A stretch of 64,000 nucleotides of DNA, taken from Desulfobacterales bacterium (lineage in GTDB: Bacteria > Desulfobacterota > Desulfobacteria > Desulfobacterales > UBA5852). The notes beneath the pieces were generated by a model. It saw only the letters and a program-made list of their open reading frames with translations. It was not told the origin of the DNA and searched no databases. Where the stretch lies: the NCBI GenBank assembly GCA_963674755.2, contig CAXXVS010000003.1:2560001-2624000 (forward strand). Direction: 5' to 3'. The stretch's first letter is position 1. Each line of letters begins with the position of its first letter. This document shows, one piece after another, positions 28,828 to 41,827 of the stretch. Both the position numbers and the translations under genes were made by a program.

Positions 28828-29820
28828 ATGTCTTTCCGCCCGCGTCGCGTATTCGCGATGCTGCTCTTGCTTTTAACAGGCGCGGCCCTGCTGGCCGCCT
28901 GCTCCCGCGACGATACGGCCGTGCCCATCGACCTGTCCGTGCGGGAGGAAGTGGCCATGCCGCCGGAGACCGACCAGGTCCTCACCTACGCCTATCTGCC
29001 GCAATTTTCCCACACCGTCAGTTTCCAGCGCCACCATCTCCTGATTCGCTATCTGGAGGCCCAAACCGGGCTGCGCATCCGCCAGGTGTTCCCGGACACC
29101 TTTGACGAACACATGCGGATGGTGGGGCAGGGGAGCATCGACATTTCGTTCTCCAATCCCCTGATCTATGTCCGCATGGCCGAGGCCTACTGCACGCGGG
29201 CCTTCGCCCGGGTGATCGAGGAGGACGGGCAGGAGCGCTTCCGGGGCGAGATTATCGTCCGTTCCGATAACCCGGCTGTCCAGACCCTGGCGGACTGCCG
29301 CGGCAAACGCTGGATTGCCGTGGATCCGTCCTCGGCCGGCGGGTATCTCTATCCCCTGGGGCATTTCCTGGCCAACGGCATCCAGCCCTCCGACTTCTCC
29401 GAAATCGCCTTCGCCCCCGGTCCGGGGGGCAAGCAGGAAAAGGTGATCCTATCGGTCTACGCCGGTCAGTACGATATCGGCTCGGTGCGCGAGGGGGCCC
29501 TGGAGGTGGTGGCAGACAAGGTGGACCGTTCCAAGATCCGGGTGCTGGCCCGCACCCGATGGTACCCGGGATGGGTCTACGCAGCCCGGGCCGATCTGGA
29601 TCCCGCCAAGGTCGCCGCGGTGGCCCGGGCACTCATCGCCCTCGATATGAAGAAGCCCGACGATCGCCACATTCTGGAAAACGCCCATATGACCGGCATC
29701 ATCGCTTCCAGCGACCGGGATTTCGATTCGGTGCGCGAATTATGGGGCCGGGTCGCCGATCTGCAGCACCGCTGCTCCAATCGCGCGCCTCTCGATACCA
29801 CCATGGATCGGGCCAACTAG
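28828..29820 (+). CDS. PhnD-like phosphate/phosphonate-type substrate-binding lipoprotein (start uncertain)
   Basis: LLAAC lipobox, YLEAQTG, GEIIVRSD, VDPSSAGGYLYP. Confidence 0.85.
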   Translation: MSFRPRRVFAMLLLLLTGAALLAACSRDDTAVPIDLSVREEVAMPPETDQVLTYAYLPQFSHTVSFQRHHLLIRYLEAQTGLRIRQVFPDTFDEHMRMVGQGSIDISFSNPLIYVRMAEAYCTRAFARVIEEDGQERFRGEIIVRSDNPAVQTLADCRGKRWIAVDPSSAGGYLYPLGHFLANGIQPSDFSEIAFAPGPGGKQEKVILSVYAGQYDIGSVREGALEVVADKVDRSKIRVLARTRWYPGWVYAARADLDPAKVAAVARALIALDMKKPDDRHILENAHMTGIIASSDRDFDSVRELWGRVADLQHRCSNRAPLDTTMDRAN

Positions 29821-29834
29821 GACCATTTACGGGC

Positions 29835-31724
29835 ATGATACCCTTCCTGAGCAAAGCCGGCATCCGCACCAAAATCAACCTGGGCATCATGACCATCGTC
29901 CTCGTTTCGGTGCTCCTGATCGCGCTTTCGGCCAGCCAGATCGTCAGCCGGGCCCTGTTCCTGGAATATCGCAACCGGGGCATTTCCCTGGCCGTCAACC
30001 TGGCCGCCCGCAGCGAAGACCCGATCCTGGCCATGGATTTTTTGCGGATGCGCAGCCTGATCGGCGAGGTCACCTCCTCGGCCGGGGACATCCTGTATGC
30101 CTTCATCCAGGACCCCGACGGCGAGGTTCTCAGTCATACCTTCAACGGCGGTTTCCCCGTGCAGCTCAAAGCCGCCAACGCCGTGCAAAACACCCAGCGC
30201 TGCCATGTCAAGCTGTTTTCCTCAGGGGAAAACCAATTCTATGATTTCGCCGCCCCGGTCATGGTGGGGGAATTCCAGGTGGGGACGATTCGCCTGGGAT
30301 TACTGCGCACCCAGGTAACGGCCACCGTCAAGGAATTGTGGTGGGCTATCTTCGCCTTTGCCATTCTTTCCGTCATTGTGTCGGACACGGTGGGGTTCGC
30401 CCTGGCCCGCAATCTCACCAGCCGGATCAAGCGGCTGCAGGCGGCATCGGAGGACATGCTCAAGGGGCATCGCGAAGGCGGCGATCTTCCGGCGGCGCTA
30501 CCGGCCCCTGAGGGGACGCCCGCGGTTCCCCCCAAACGGTCCGGCGATGAAATCCACCAGCTGGCCGAAACGTTTGACGCCATGACGGCCGCCATCAAAC
30601 GCTATATCGAACAGCTGGCGGCCTCCAAAGCCGTACTGGCGAAATCGGAGACCAAGTATCGCCGCATTTTCGAAGATTCCATGGATTTGATCTTCGTGGC
30701 CGACCAAAACGGCCGGCTGAAGGACATCAACCCCGCCGGCGTGCGTATGCTGGGCTACGAATCCCATCGCGAGCTGGCCCGCCGGCAGAACCTGACCACC
30801 ATCATCGAACACCCCGAAGAAGCCCGGGAATTGATTGCCGAAATCCGACGTGTCGGGTTCATCAAGGACCGCGAGTGCATGCTGCGGACCCGCACCGGCG
30901 GCGAGCTGGCCGCCCTGCTCAGCATGACGACCCGCAGCGATGCCTCGGGGTTGGTGATGGAATACGAGGGCATCGTCAAAGACATCACCCAGCACAAATT
31001 GATGCATCGCCAGCTGCTGCAGGCGGATCGGCTGGCTTCCCTGGGGCAGCTGGCGGCGGGGGTGGCCCATGAAATCAACAACCCGCTGGGGCTCATCCTG
31101 GGTTATACCCAGCTGTTGCTGCGGGAGGGCGCCGCCGCCGACGGGGTGACGGAGGACCTGCGGACCATCGAAAAACAGACCCGCAATTGCAAAAAGATTG
31201 TGGAGGATCTGCTCAACTTCGCGCGCAAATCCGGCACCTACCTCTCGGAAGTCAAAGTCAATCAGGCCCTGGATGCGGTGATCGACGTCGTCCGCAAACA
31301 GCTGGAGCTGGACAATATCGTGATTCGAACCCGCTACGATGAGAATCTGCCTGAGATCGCCGGGGATACCGAAAAACTCAAGCAGGTGTTCCTGAACATG
31401 CTCATCAACGCCCGCCAGGCCATCGGCAAGAACGGCGAAATCGTCATCACAACAGGCGTTGACCCGGAGCGCCCGTCTGTGGTTATTACCTTCCGGGATG
31501 ACGGGCCGGGCATCGCGCCCAACATCCTGGACAAGATTTTCGATCCCTTTTTCACCACCAAGCCCACCGGCCAGGGAACGGGATTGGGGTTATCCGTGAG
31601 TTACGGGATTGTCGAGGACCACCAGGGTGACATTAAGGTGTCGAGCGTGGTCGGCGCCGGAGCGCAATTCCGCATCCGGCTGCCCATCGGCAAGCAACCA
31701 TCGTATCCGGAAGGCGATTCATGA
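29835..31724 (+). CDS. Membrane histidine kinase (periplasmic sensor, HAMP, PAS, HisKA, HATPase)
   Basis: GVAHEINNPL, QVFLNMLINA, DDGPG, FDPFFTTK, GTGLGL. Confidence 0.93.
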   Translation: MIPFLSKAGIRTKINLGIMTIVLVSVLLIALSASQIVSRALFLEYRNRGISLAVNLAARSEDPILAMDFLRMRSLIGEVTSSAGDILYAFIQDPDGEVLSHTFNGGFPVQLKAANAVQNTQRCHVKLFSSGENQFYDFAAPVMVGEFQVGTIRLGLLRTQVTATVKELWWAIFAFAILSVIVSDTVGFALARNLTSRIKRLQAASEDMLKGHREGGDLPAALPAPEGTPAVPPKRSGDEIHQLAETFDAMTAAIKRYIEQLAASKAVLAKSETKYRRIFEDSMDLIFVADQNGRLKDINPAGVRMLGYESHRELARRQNLTTIIEHPEEARELIAEIRRVGFIKDRECMLRTRTGGELAALLSMTTRSDASGLVMEYEGIVKDITQHKLMHRQLLQADRLASLGQLAAGVAHEINNPLGLILGYTQLLLREGAAADGVTEDLRTIEKQTRNCKKIVEDLLNFARKSGTYLSEVKVNQALDAVIDVVRKQLELDNIVIRTRYDENLPEIAGDTEKLKQVFLNMLINARQAIGKNGEIVITTGVDPERPSVVITFRDDGPGIAPNILDKIFDPFFTTKPTGQGTGLGLSVSYGIVEDHQGDIKVSSVVGAGAQFRIRLPIGKQPSYPEGDS

Positions 31725-33124
31725 AACCGCGGTTGCTGATCGTGGATGATGAAAGCGACATGCTGCGTCTGCTGAGCCGCAGTGTGAGCAAAGCGCTCGA
31801 CTGCCAGGTCAAGACGGCGGACAGCGGCGAAGCGGCGCTGCGCCTTTTCGATCCCCAGGCCTTCGATCTCGTTCTGCTGGATATCCGTATGGCCGGCATC
31901 GACGGGATGGCGGTCCTGGAAGAGATCCAGGCCCGGGCGCCGGGGTTTACGGTGGTCATGATGACGGCCTACGGGGCCATCGAGGTGGCTGTGGAAGCCC
32001 TGCGCAAGGGGGCCTATGATTTCATCACCAAACCCTTCGACCACGACCAACTGATCCACCATCTGCGCAAGGCTCTCGAGCGCTGCCGTCTGCTCCAGGA
32101 GAATCAGAACCTCAAAAGTCGGGTGGGGGCCGGCGGAACCTTCCAGCGCTTTGTGGGGGCCAGCCCTGTCATGCAAAAGGTCTATGACACCATCAGCATG
32201 CTCAGCAAGTCCGATCTGACCGTGCTCATCACCGGCGCCTCGGGCACCGGCAAGAACCTGGCGGCCCAGGCCCTGCACGATCTCAGCGAACGCCGCAAGG
32301 GGCCTTTTGTGCGGGTGAGCTGCCCCACCGTGCCGGAAAATATCCTGGAGAGCGAGCTCTTCGGCTATGCCAAAGGCGCCTTTACCCATGCCGCCAGCGA
32401 CCACAAGGGCCTTTTCGAGGCGGCCCACGGCGGGACGATTTTCCTGGACGAGATCGGCGACATTTCCCCCGTCATCCAAACCAAGCTGCTGCAGGTGCTG
32501 GAAAACAACGAGTTCAAGCCCCTGGGACGCAACCGCACGGTGCGGGTGGACGTCCGTATACTGGCGGCCACCAACCGCGACCTGAAGGAAAAGATGGCCC
32601 AGAGTGAATTCCGGGAGGATCTGTTCTACCGGCTATGCGTGGTGGATCTGCCCATGCCGCCCCTGTCCGAGCGCCGCGAAGATCTGCCCCTGCTGGTGGA
32701 CCACTTCCTGGAGCGTTGCGCCTTGCGTTTCGGGCAGGAAAAAAAGGCGCTGGCCCCGGACGTCATGCCGCAATTGATGCAGCACGACTGGCAAGGCAAT
32801 GTGCGGGAGCTGGAAAACACCATCAAGCGGGCCGTGGTGATGTCCGCCGGACAGACCATTTCCATCGAGGAGTTGGGTTGGACGCCCCGGGAATGCGTGG
32901 CCGGTCTGGAAGCCGGCGACCTGAGCGAGCTGCCCTACCGTGAGGCCAAGGAATCCGTCCTGGCCCAGTTCAGCACCCGCTACCTGGAAGAGGCCCTGCG
33001 CCGCAGCGGCGGCAACGTGACCCGGGCCGCCCATGACAGCGGGCTGGAGCGCCAGTCATTTCAACAAATTATGCGGAAATACCATATTCGCTCGGACGTA
33101 TTCCGCAAAAGTGCCAAAAAATGA
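31721..33124 (+). CDS. Sigma-54-dependent response regulator (NtrC-type)
   Basis: Receiver IVDDE/LLDIRM, GASGTGK, GAFTHA (GAFTGA variant), LDEIG, C-terminal HTH. Confidence 0.95.
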   Translation: MKPRLLIVDDESDMLRLLSRSVSKALDCQVKTADSGEAALRLFDPQAFDLVLLDIRMAGIDGMAVLEEIQARAPGFTVVMMTAYGAIEVAVEALRKGAYDFITKPFDHDQLIHHLRKALERCRLLQENQNLKSRVGAGGTFQRFVGASPVMQKVYDTISMLSKSDLTVLITGASGTGKNLAAQALHDLSERRKGPFVRVSCPTVPENILESELFGYAKGAFTHAASDHKGLFEAAHGGTIFLDEIGDISPVIQTKLLQVLENNEFKPLGRNRTVRVDVRILAATNRDLKEKMAQSEFREDLFYRLCVVDLPMPPLSERREDLPLLVDHFLERCALRFGQEKKALAPDVMPQLMQHDWQGNVRELENTIKRAVVMSAGQTISIEELGWTPRECVAGLEAGDLSELPYREAKESVLAQFSTRYLEEALRRSGGNVTRAAHDSGLERQSFQQIMRKYHIRSDVFRKSAKK

Positions 33125-33131
33125 TGGCACT
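33110..33131. promoter_or_regulatory. Candidate enhancer (UAS) for the sigma-54 activator
   Basis: Perfect palindrome AGTGCCA-N8-TGGCACT about 200 bp upstream of a -24/-12 element. Confidence 0.55.
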
Positions 33132-33326
33132 GCCGCCTGATTCTGAATGCAACGCTAACCGATTAAAACAATTGCGATAATTTTATTTTATGCCGGATAT
33201 TTCATCCTTCCCGGGAGTTGCGCTCCCCTTTAACCCTGCCCACCCCGGGGCTCGGCCTGACCTTTAATTTTATGATAGCGAATAAAAACAGTAAGATAAT
33301 CAATGGTGTGGCCAATTAGGCGACCT

Positions 33327-33342
33327 TGGCATACTTCTTGTT
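33327..33342 (+). promoter_or_regulatory. Sigma-54 (-24/-12) promoter of the tauE gene
   Basis: TGGCATACTTCTTGTT (GG-N10-GT); IHF-like AATCAATGGTGTG at 33298-33310. Confidence 0.65.
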
Positions 33343-33559
33343 TCAATCCTCCGCATGTGTTGTGCGTTGGATTGTTTGGCCGTGTATGTGGCGCCCCTCG
33401 CGGTGCGGTCGCGTCCAGCGGGCCACTCCGGCCTGCCGGGAGCGCAAGCCCGCGGACAGCCGACGGTCCTGCTACCGGTTTTCCCGGTGATGCCCCGCGG
33501 CATTGCACCGGAGACGATAAATGTCCCTTTATTCACTCAAAGATCGGAGGTTTGAGAAC

Positions 33560-34831
33560 ATGAAGAAACCCTATTTAGTGATCCTTATGCTGGCTCTGGT
33601 GGGCCTGGCCCTGGCGGCGCCGATGATTGGCGTGGACAAGGCCCAGGCCGCAAGTCTGGAAGAGGCGATCGCCCAAACGCCTACCGGCACCGAAAAAGGC
33701 CAGATCGATCCCAATGCCGAGCCCGGATTCCTGGGCATTCCCGGCGCGCCGCAGCCCAATCTGGTCTACGGGTTCTTGTGGGCTATCTGGGTGGGATGGA
33801 TCTTTTCCACGGTGGGCGCTTTCGGCGGCATCATGGCCGGCGTAGGCCACATCACCATCTTCGGACTTGCCGACTATGCCAAGAGCTTCGGCAAGGGATC
33901 GCCCATGAACAAACTCATCACCGACTCGATCCGGGTATCCAACCAGTGGCTGGTGGGGTTGAGCGGGCTGATTTCCAGCACCAACTACTACCGCATGGGA
34001 CGCCTGGTGGCGCCCCTGGGGCTGTGCCTGGCCATCGGCGGCGTGGGCGGCTCCTGGCTGATCCCGTCGCTCACGGCGGGCAAAATCAGTCTGCGTGACT
34101 ACATCGGCTACTTCGGCCTGATCGTTCTTTTGCTGGGCATCATGCTGATCCGGGAAACCACGGCGGCCGGCATGGCCAAGAAGAAAAAAGCCAAGGAAGC
34201 CGCGGCGGCCTTCGAGAAGCAGGTCAAGGCCGGCGGCGCAACCGACGAGGGCGTCAAGATCCTCGAAGGCAGCTGGACCCTTATGTTCGTCGCCCTCGGT
34301 CTGGTGGTGGCTAGCGCCCTGTGGGCCAACCTGGCCGGCGGTATGAAAGTGGTGGCCTACGGACTGGCAGTGGCCGGCTGGGTGGTGACCTTTTTCATCG
34401 GCACCATCAAATTCACCTTCTACGGTGTTGAGTTCGAGATGAAGGCCTTCGTGCCCATGCTGGGCGGCATCTTCATCGCGGCCCTGGCCTCCTTCCTGGG
34501 GATCGGCGGCGGCTTTCTGTTCGTGCCTTTCCTGACCTCGGTGGCGGGCCTGCCTATGTTCCTGGTGGCCGGCACCAGCGCCCTGGTGGTGCTCGTGGGC
34601 ATGATCGTGTCCATCTTCAGCTACATGGTGGGCAAGGGCGTTGTGATCTACTGGGGCCTGATCGGGGCCGAACTGGTGGGCATCTTCGTGGGATCCATGA
34701 TCGGACCCCGGACGTCCAAGTACATCCCGGACATCTGGCTGAAACGCCTGTTCGTTCTGTTGGCGTTCTATATCGGTATTCGCTACACCACGAAGGGTTT
34801 TCTGGGATACTCCATCGTGCCGCCATTCTGA
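33560..34831 (+). CDS. TauE/SafE (DUF81) family transporter
   Basis: VGAFGGIMAG, FLGIGGGFLFVPFL, AGTSAL, GSMIGP; multiple TM helices; RBS GGAGG. Confidence 0.9.
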   Translation: MKKPYLVILMLALVGLALAAPMIGVDKAQAASLEEAIAQTPTGTEKGQIDPNAEPGFLGIPGAPQPNLVYGFLWAIWVGWIFSTVGAFGGIMAGVGHITIFGLADYAKSFGKGSPMNKLITDSIRVSNQWLVGLSGLISSTNYYRMGRLVAPLGLCLAIGGVGGSWLIPSLTAGKISLRDYIGYFGLIVLLLGIMLIRETTAAGMAKKKKAKEAAAAFEKQVKAGGATDEGVKILEGSWTLMFVALGLVVASALWANLAGGMKVVAYGLAVAGWVVTFFIGTIKFTFYGVEFEMKAFVPMLGGIFIAALASFLGIGGGFLFVPFLTSVAGLPMFLVAGTSALVVLVGMIVSIFSYMVGKGVVIYWGLIGAELVGIFVGSMIGPRTSKYIPDIWLKRLFVLLAFYIGIRYTTKGFLGYSIVPPF

Positions 34832-34870
34832 TGGGCGGGCATTAACGTGGTGTTGAAATAGATCCGCAAG

Positions 34871-34904
34871 TCCCGGGAGAGGCCTTCGGGCGTCTCTCCC
34901 GGGA
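34871..34904 (+). terminator. Strong hairpin after tauE (no U-tract; stabiliser or partial terminator)
   Basis: TCCCGGGAGA...CTTCGG...TCTCCCGGGA. Confidence 0.45.
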
Positions 34905-34931
34905 TGTCCACCCCCACAACGAAAGACGCCT

Positions 34932-35576
34932 ATGTCACCGATCGTCGAAACCCTTTACCACCAGACCGATGCCGCCCTGATCTTCTTTTTTCGACTGGCG
35001 GCGAACCCCGTGCTGGGCTATCTGCTGGGCATTGCCGTGCTGGCCTTGGTGTGCGTGGTGCTGGGTGACCTGACGATTACGCTGGCCCTGCGTGTCAATG
35101 GCACCTATTTCCATCAGGACAACCTGGAACTGGTGCGCATGCAGAACAAATCCCTTCTGGCGTTGCGGGCCGGCGATAAAGCAAGCTACCAGGCCTGCAA
35201 CGAGATGGCCAACGACTCTTTCGGCAAGGTTTTTTTCAGCCAGATCGCTCTTGGTGCTTCATCTCTCTGGCCGGTGCCTTTCGCGCTGCACTGGCTCGAC
35301 GGGCGTTTTGCGGATGTGGCCTTTGTGCTGCCGATACCCTTGGGGCATCTTACCTCGGTGGGATATGCCTTTTCCTTTATTCCGATGTATATTCTGGTGC
35401 GGATTCTCTTCGGCCATGTCCGCTCCCATCTGCCGGGTTACCGCCGGCTGACGGGGTCGCCGGCCGGTGATGCGGAGGAAATCGAGGTCATGCTGAGCAT
35501 GGAGGATGTCTTCCCCGTCAGATCCAAAGGTCACCCGGGGTGCCGCGGGGCATTGGAGGATGACGGTGCCTGCTGA
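34932..35576 (+). CDS. Hypothetical membrane protein
   Basis: Three to four hydrophobic segments, co-oriented with tauE. Confidence 0.75.
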   Translation: MSPIVETLYHQTDAALIFFFRLAANPVLGYLLGIAVLALVCVVLGDLTITLALRVNGTYFHQDNLELVRMQNKSLLALRAGDKASYQACNEMANDSFGKVFFSQIALGASSLWPVPFALHWLDGRFADVAFVLPIPLGHLTSVGYAFSFIPMYILVRILFGHVRSHLPGYRRLTGSPAGDAEEIEVMLSMEDVFPVRSKGHPGCRGALEDDGAC

Positions 35577-35606
35577 AGCCGCAACCACTGCGCTACGTCA
35601 GGCGGG

Positions 35607-36029
35607 TTAGGATTTCTTCTTCTCGATCTCGGCGCGCAGCTTCTTTTCCATCTCCTCGAACAGACTCTTTTTCTTCTTTTTTTGGTCGGCCTGCATGGTG
35701 GCGATGCGGTTGGCCACGTTTTTTTGGGAGGCCTGGAATTTGCTGAGTTCGTCCTGCAGCCGATCGGGCGCATCCTCCTTCGGGATGTCTTCAATCTTGA
35801 GATGCTCCCGCACAAATAAGCGCTGGCCGTAAGGTCCGGGGACCGCTTCCAGGGCCCCGATTCCTTCCAGCCGGCGGCAGATAAAACCGCCCCGCTCCTT
35901 GGAAAGCCCCAGCATTTCGCAGACCTGCTCCAACTCCGGCGGGGACTGCTCCTGGTGGCTCAACACACGCACCGCGGCCACAAAAAGGTGGGCGCTTTCG
36001 TAGAGGGACAGGGTTTCCTTGGGTGCCAC
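35607..36029 (-). CDS. Hypothetical protein (winged-helix-like N-terminus, Lys-rich coiled coil)
   Basis: GTG start after AAGGAGA; HLFVAAVRVLSHQ...EQVCEMLG...CRRLEGIG. Confidence 0.7.
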   Translation of the reverse strand: MAPKETLSLYESAHLFVAAVRVLSHQEQSPPELEQVCEMLGLSKERGGFICRRLEGIGALEAVPGPYGQRLFVREHLKIEDIPKEDAPDRLQDELSKFQASQKNVANRIATMQADQKKKKKSLFEEMEKKLRAEIEKKKS

Positions 36030-36081
36030 GGTACATCTCCTTGGGGATCGGGTAGCCTCATCGTATAAGCCCGGCGGCATC

Positions 36082-36128
36082 TTGACAGGGTGACCAGCGG
36101 AGAGTAACATTTGGTCGATTTTTGTCAA
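36082..36128. promoter_or_regulatory. Overlapping opposite-strand sigma-70 promoters (eno and hypothetical gene)
   Basis: Plus TTGACA-N17-TAACAT (36082-36110); minus TTGACA-N16-TACTCT (36128-36101). Confidence 0.5.
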
Positions 36129-36249
36129 GCCGTCCGGCAGGGCCTGATCCTGGGCAACCAACGGCGGCGGTGCAAAAACGACCGATCATGTTGACATATC
36201 ACAGGGCGGCGGTTACCGCACGCCAGATCCAATCCAACAACACCGCTAA

Positions 36250-37590
<1,341 letters not shown>

Positions 37591-37628
37591 GGGAGCTGTC
37601 TAACGCCCTGTCAAGGACCCTGACCATT

Positions 37629-38465
37629 ATGATGATGCCCGACCTACGCAAACTTCTGACCCTCGTGGCCGGCATGGCCCTCCTGTTGACCGCCGTGCCG
37701 TTGCCCGCCCGTGCCTATGTCCTCATGGGGGAGCATATTCTGGATCTGACGGTCAAGGCCCTGGGACCAGCCGAAACGCTTGAAGCGTCCCAGACCCTGA
37801 CCATCAGCGCCCCGGCGCCGGCGCCTCCCGGCGGCTTGCAGGAAACGGTGCGCATCCGCCGGCCTTTCGACCTGCGGGCGGATGCCCGCGGCGAGGATTA
37901 CGAACGCCACCTGCTGATCGTCGGCCCGCAGACCCTGCTGGTGGTCAACGGCATCCGGCAGGAGGGCCCCCTGCCGCGTTATCTACGCTACCACGCTATC
38001 CTGATGGCCAAATCGCGGCCGGCGCTGGTGGATCACCTGCGTACGGTGGGCGTCGATGTCCAGGTATCCAGCCTGGGCCGGCTGGATGACCGTTACTGCT
38101 ATGTCGTGGGGGCCCATTTCCCGAATGAAGATGTCGCCCAGCTCTGGGTGGACAAGGATACGTTTTTGCCTTTCCGTCTCCTGCTGCCCTCATCCGCCTT
38201 GCATCCCGAGGCCGGTCCGCTGGAGATTCGCTACCGCAACTGGACCTTTGTGGACGGGGCGGCCTACCCCATGCACGTCGTTATGATGCAGAACCATCAG
38301 GTCATGGAGGAAGTCCGGGTCGACCGGGTCGAGGTCAACCCGGCGCTGGGTGGCGATGTCTTCGATATGGCCGCCCTGCGATGGCAATGGTCCCGGCCGC
38401 TTCCAGCGGCTGAGGACAACATAAACCCGGCGCCGCCGTCGGCGCTGCCGCCACCGACTGAATAG
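37629..38465 (+). CDS. Exported hypothetical protein, possibly LolA-like fold
   Basis: Signal peptide; QLWVDKDTFLPFR and VDRVEVNPAL...F patterns. Confidence 0.6.
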   Translation: MMMPDLRKLLTLVAGMALLLTAVPLPARAYVLMGEHILDLTVKALGPAETLEASQTLTISAPAPAPPGGLQETVRIRRPFDLRADARGEDYERHLLIVGPQTLLVVNGIRQEGPLPRYLRYHAILMAKSRPALVDHLRTVGVDVQVSSLGRLDDRYCYVVGAHFPNEDVAQLWVDKDTFLPFRLLLPSSALHPEAGPLEIRYRNWTFVDGAAYPMHVVMMQNHQVMEEVRVDRVEVNPALGGDVFDMAALRWQWSRPLPAAEDNINPAPPSALPPPTE

Positions 38466-38756
38466 AAAAAAATGCGACAAAGCTCTTGCACTTCGGACCG
38501 CATTCTGAAATATATCGGAACCGTGATGCGGGTGGTATCGGCCACAGCGGATCCACCCGTCGCATGGCATCCACTAGCCAACGAACCTTTACCATTGTGA
38601 AACCACCGCAGTTTGCTAATCGATGGGGTATTTGCTGAATTCATTTCAGGCCGATCACCAATTACAGCCCCACACCCCCCTCCACTTGCTTCCATCACTT
38701 CTTGGCCCATGTTGCGGTATGGCCGTGCGCCGCGGACGGCGCGCAGCGGGCCATGA

Positions 38757-40451
<1,695 letters not shown>

Positions 40452-40454
40452 TCC

Positions 40455-41801
40455 TTATTTTTCTTCTGTTTGAACGGGCGACGACTGATCGATGTCGACG
40501 ATGGTCTCGCCGGAAGTGTAGCGGGCGGTGCGGTAGCGGGTGATCCCCATCAGTTTATGGGTGATTTCCCCCATTTTTTCGGTCTGGGTCTTGATGGCCG
40601 CGACCTTGCGATACATGGGATCCTCGGGCGCCATCTTAAGCATCAGCAGCTCGGCATAGCCGTAAATGCCCTGGATCGGCTGGTTCAACTTGTGGCATAC
40701 CGCTCCGGCCATCTCCAGGGCGACCTTCAGTTTTTCGCTGTCCAGGCGGTCGTCTTGGGCATACTTGCTCTTGGTGGTGTCCTGGAGGACGAAAAGACGG
40801 CCCGCCAGGCGGCCGTGGCGGCGAATGGGGGCGATGCGGATGTGGAAATAACCCCGTCCCTCCTCCAACTCCAATTCCGTGTTTTCCAGGATTTCTTCCG
40901 TTTCCCGACCGCGATCCACCAGATGCAGAAAAGGCCCCAGAACGATCCGGGCCGGACGTCCGATCATGTGGCGGGCCGATTCGCCGATCAAGCGGCAGGC
41001 CGCCGGATTGATCTCCACCACGCGGTCGCGCCGGTCAAGGATGATGACCCCGTCCGGCAGACTCTGAATGACGGCATCGTGTCCGATGGGGATGACGTCG
41101 AAGAGCCGGCCGTAAAAAACCGCCCAACCGAGCAACAGTACCGAAAGGGTGAACAGAAAAGGGGTGGGGTCCACCCCCCGGCTTTCCGGAAAATCTATGC
41201 CGGCCAGGTACAAGGCATTGCCGATCCATGGAATCAGGCAGGACAGCAGCAGCAGCCCCCGCTGGCCCCAATACCACTGGGGAGTGCGGTTGAGCGAAAT
41301 GCCGATCAGCAGACACCCGGCGGCCAGCAGGGCGTAGGAATAGATGGTGTGGAACCAGAACCATCCCCCGAAATCGCGCACCAGGATATGGAAGTCGCCT
41401 TCGGTGACGAGCTGGGTAGAACGCAGAATCAGCCCATGGCCGGCGTTGGTGACCGCCAGCAGGGAGGTGGTCAGGGGCACCACCAGCAGGGCCGCCAGGC
41501 GGCGCCCCGTCAGCCAGTCGCCGCGGCCCGTGTAAGCCAGCAGGAAGGTCAGCCAGGCCACGGGGACATAGGGGATCGCCAGGTACTGGGCCTGGGCCCA
41601 GAAGCGTTTGCTCGCCAGGCCCACGGCCCCCAGTTCCAAGGCGTACATGGCGGTCCAGGCCCCCATGGCGAGCATGAACAGGATAAAATAGCCCGCTCCG
41701 GGGGTCTGGCGGTAGCGCCCGGCGATGAACAGCAGCCCCATGCAGACGGCCGCGGCCGCCAGCAGGAGCATGACAAAGGGGTTGTCCAACCTGATGATCA
41801 A
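40455..41801 (-). CDS. HisKA-7TM + PAS sensor with DHp-like tail and no HATPase domain
   Basis: Seven TM helices, PAS (LPDGVIILD...INPAA), AGAVCHKLNQP, then ends about 65 aa later. Confidence 0.82.
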   Translation of the reverse strand: MIIRLDNPFVMLLLAAAAVCMGLLFIAGRYRQTPGAGYFILFMLAMGAWTAMYALELGAVGLASKRFWAQAQYLAIPYVPVAWLTFLLAYTGRGDWLTGRRLAALLVVPLTTSLLAVTNAGHGLILRSTQLVTEGDFHILVRDFGGWFWFHTIYSYALLAAGCLLIGISLNRTPQWYWGQRGLLLLSCLIPWIGNALYLAGIDFPESRGVDPTPFLFTLSVLLLGWAVFYGRLFDVIPIGHDAVIQSLPDGVIILDRRDRVVEINPAACRLIGESARHMIGRPARIVLGPFLHLVDRGRETEEILENTELELEEGRGYFHIRIAPIRRHGRLAGRLFVLQDTTKSKYAQDDRLDSEKLKVALEMAGAVCHKLNQPIQGIYGYAELLMLKMAPEDPMYRKVAAIKTQTEKMGEITHKLMGITRYRTARYTSGETIVDIDQSSPVQTEEK

Positions 41802-41827
41802 GCGTCATTCCCCCGAATGGCGGATTT

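Noticed and set aside
33415..33480. Resemblance to a c-di-GMP-I (GEMM) riboswitch
   Set aside because: Lacks the GGCAAA, GNRA tetraloop and GACGCAAAGC elements
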